Part shown: positions 61,884-64,000 of the stretch, in pieces
Numbering within the stretch: position 1 is the first letter of the stretch
Layout of the letters: every line of letters starts with the position of its first letter
Assembly (NCBI GenBank): GCA_951406725.2
Contig: OX597817.1
Coordinates: forward strand, 103,168,001-103,232,000
Length of the DNA: 64,000 nt
Source: Octopus vulgaris
Lineage: Eukaryota
Reading direction: 5' to 3'
Notes under the pieces: generated by a model
What the model saw: the letters and a program-made list of their open reading frames with translations, nothing else
The model's database searches: none
What the model was told of the DNA's origin: nothing
Translations under genes and position numbers: made by a program

Positions 61884-64000
61884 GTGTATATCAAACTTTC
61901 GTTTTTGACTTTTCGCTTTTAATTGTTTACATGGTCCGAACTACAGTAGAACAGTTTGTCCTTCTGTAATGTTTCGGAAGAAAAAAATCCATTGACGATT
62001 CTTCCTGTTCTAAATAACGTTTCACAGGACTTCATTCATTTAAACTTATGAAAAACCTCTTACAACTTTCGATATCATAATATATAGCTTCCATTTGTTT
62101 AATCAAAGTTATTACGCAGAAATTGCTAGCTTCCAAATCTTGTTTTCTGATTGGATAAAAATAATCAAACTTTAAACCGCTGTAACATTGTTCAAAAACT
62201 TTTCTGGAACAAGTAAATAACACCAAAAGACTCAACGTTAAAAATTACATCAATATACTGAATTTGAAAATTTTCATTTAATTTCAAAATTTCAAAAGTT
62301 TAGCGCCAGACAGAAAAGATCCATTTTGTAAGAATACTAAACGCAAACACACACACACACACACACGCAAACTTTATAGAGTAGTGTATTATTGAGTTGC
62401 TTCTTTTGAACTACAGTATCAGGCCATCGAAAGAATTTTTAGATATATCAAAACAAACTTTTCCCTCGTTCTGACGGGAGAATCTTTATAATAATAATGT
62501 GCCCATTATAAAAATGGCAGCAAAGAAATCAAAGTTACCACATATCCCGAAGATGAGGTTGAGATAGCCTGGAAACATTTTTGAGAAAGATGGACTTGGA
62601 AACTTTATTGTTTGAAATGCCTGATAGGCAATACACACCATACACACACACATCCACCCACACACACATACGTGGATGGCTGGATTCTCTTGTCGTGAAC
62701 GACAAATGAGTGTTCAGCAAAATAAGGCATTATCATGTTCTATGGACACGAACGCGTCTCTTGAGGCCTTGCAAACCTTTTGGCAAACGGAACAAGTTGA
62801 GGACTCAGTTTACTTGAGTGCTTGTGGATTTTTTACTTTGTGTTTTCTTGAGCGGTTGGTTAGGTCTGCTTTGCTTCGTGCCACAAAACCACAATGACTG
62901 GCAAGGTTTCCATTTAGAGGAGCCGTGTTTTGTCAGCGTGCCTTCCTGCTTCCACGAAGCCGGTCCGTGTTGGAGTCGATTTTGCCAGGTCCTGAGTTCT
63001 GATGTTTTGTTTTTCTAGTAAAAAACAGGAAATGTTGCATCATTTCAGATTGTCTTTTAGTTTGTCTTTGAAGCGCAAGAGTGGCCTTCCAAATGACCTT
63101 CTGCTGCAGATGCGCAATGACAACAGGCAGAGACTCAAGTTATTTTACCAGGTCATTCCGAATAGCAAACCCAACACCTGCTTCTTTCTTTGCTTCCTGA
63201 AGCTTACCCAGCCAGAAAAATGTGTATCCACCATCAATTTCCTACATCTGACCACAGTCTGCTAATCTGGTTTCTGAAAGAGCTGCTACTCCAATGTTCT
63301 TTTACTTAGAGGCATGGGCAACCAAAGTGGTCATACGTTCTATATTTTTCTTGCTGTCCTGAAGAGTTCTCATATTCCAAGATACAATAAAGAGGTTTTC
63401 TGCTTTCAATTTGCTTAATTTTCTGATACAGGTTTAGGCGTCCAGTCATTTGCACCTAATGACAAGGAGCGATGCGAGTAAGCAATCTACTTTTCACTAT
63501 CTGTGTGCAATGTTCAAGCTAAGAACTTCTAGTGACATTCTTTACCTGTTCCTGTCACTATCCCTTCATCGTTATAGGATTTTTACTTTTATTTAGTAGT
63601 AGGTGGGCTACACTCTCACCATCAAAACATGATGGTAGTATTTGCTAATAGCATTTTACTGAACTACATGCACATGGTTTTATTTAAAGTGGTCATTGCT
63701 TGTGCAGCACAATGCACACTCTCTCCGTCAAGAAAGCATTTACCTGTACTGGTGCACAGTGTGTCACGTGTCAGATGCTAAATTGATCGCTGATTTGAGA
63801 TCAGAGTGGCCTCCTAGTCTAGTTGCTCAAAAGCTACAGAGCCTAGACTGCCCTATGAATAAGTAGATGCTAATTGCGCATATTAACTAAGAGGACCGTC
63901 AGTATCTACAAACCTAGTTTTATATTAGAGCTTTCTTTCTCCTTGATGGGTTGTCCTTACCATGGCTAAGGAACCCCATCTGCCCATAAATACAAAAAAC

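Noticed and set aside
62650-64000. Possible LINE relic or gene at the window end
   Set aside because: No motif could be read confidently in any frame.

Overview
AT-rich, microsatellite- and transposon-dense animal genomic DNA. The SINE, LINE and Penelope families look like those of an octopod cephalopod (Octopus; this is an inference). The left third holds the last four coding exons of RMI1 (+ strand, 6667-17585), which the ORF track mostly misses. The middle (23-40 kb) is a nest of mobile elements: a Helitron with both termini, three abutting inverted (hairpin) Penelope-like insertions including a 4.06-kb near-perfect palindrome, several type I hammerhead ribozymes, and a compact LTR retrotransposon with a 5-bp TSD. 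The right third holds a tandem family of three uninterrupted-ORF, highly atypical cyclin A/B-fold genes (41237-42052; 53474-54292 with a single in-frame TAG; 60681-61511). Each sits in a duplicated ~2.8-kb cassette of conserved upstream region, ORF, inverted-repeat element with degenerate (CCCTAA)n, and a hammerhead-like motif. This cyclin cassette array is the most novel-looking feature. Coordinates of degenerate repeats are approximate, and family assignments come from motif recognition by eye, not from database searches.
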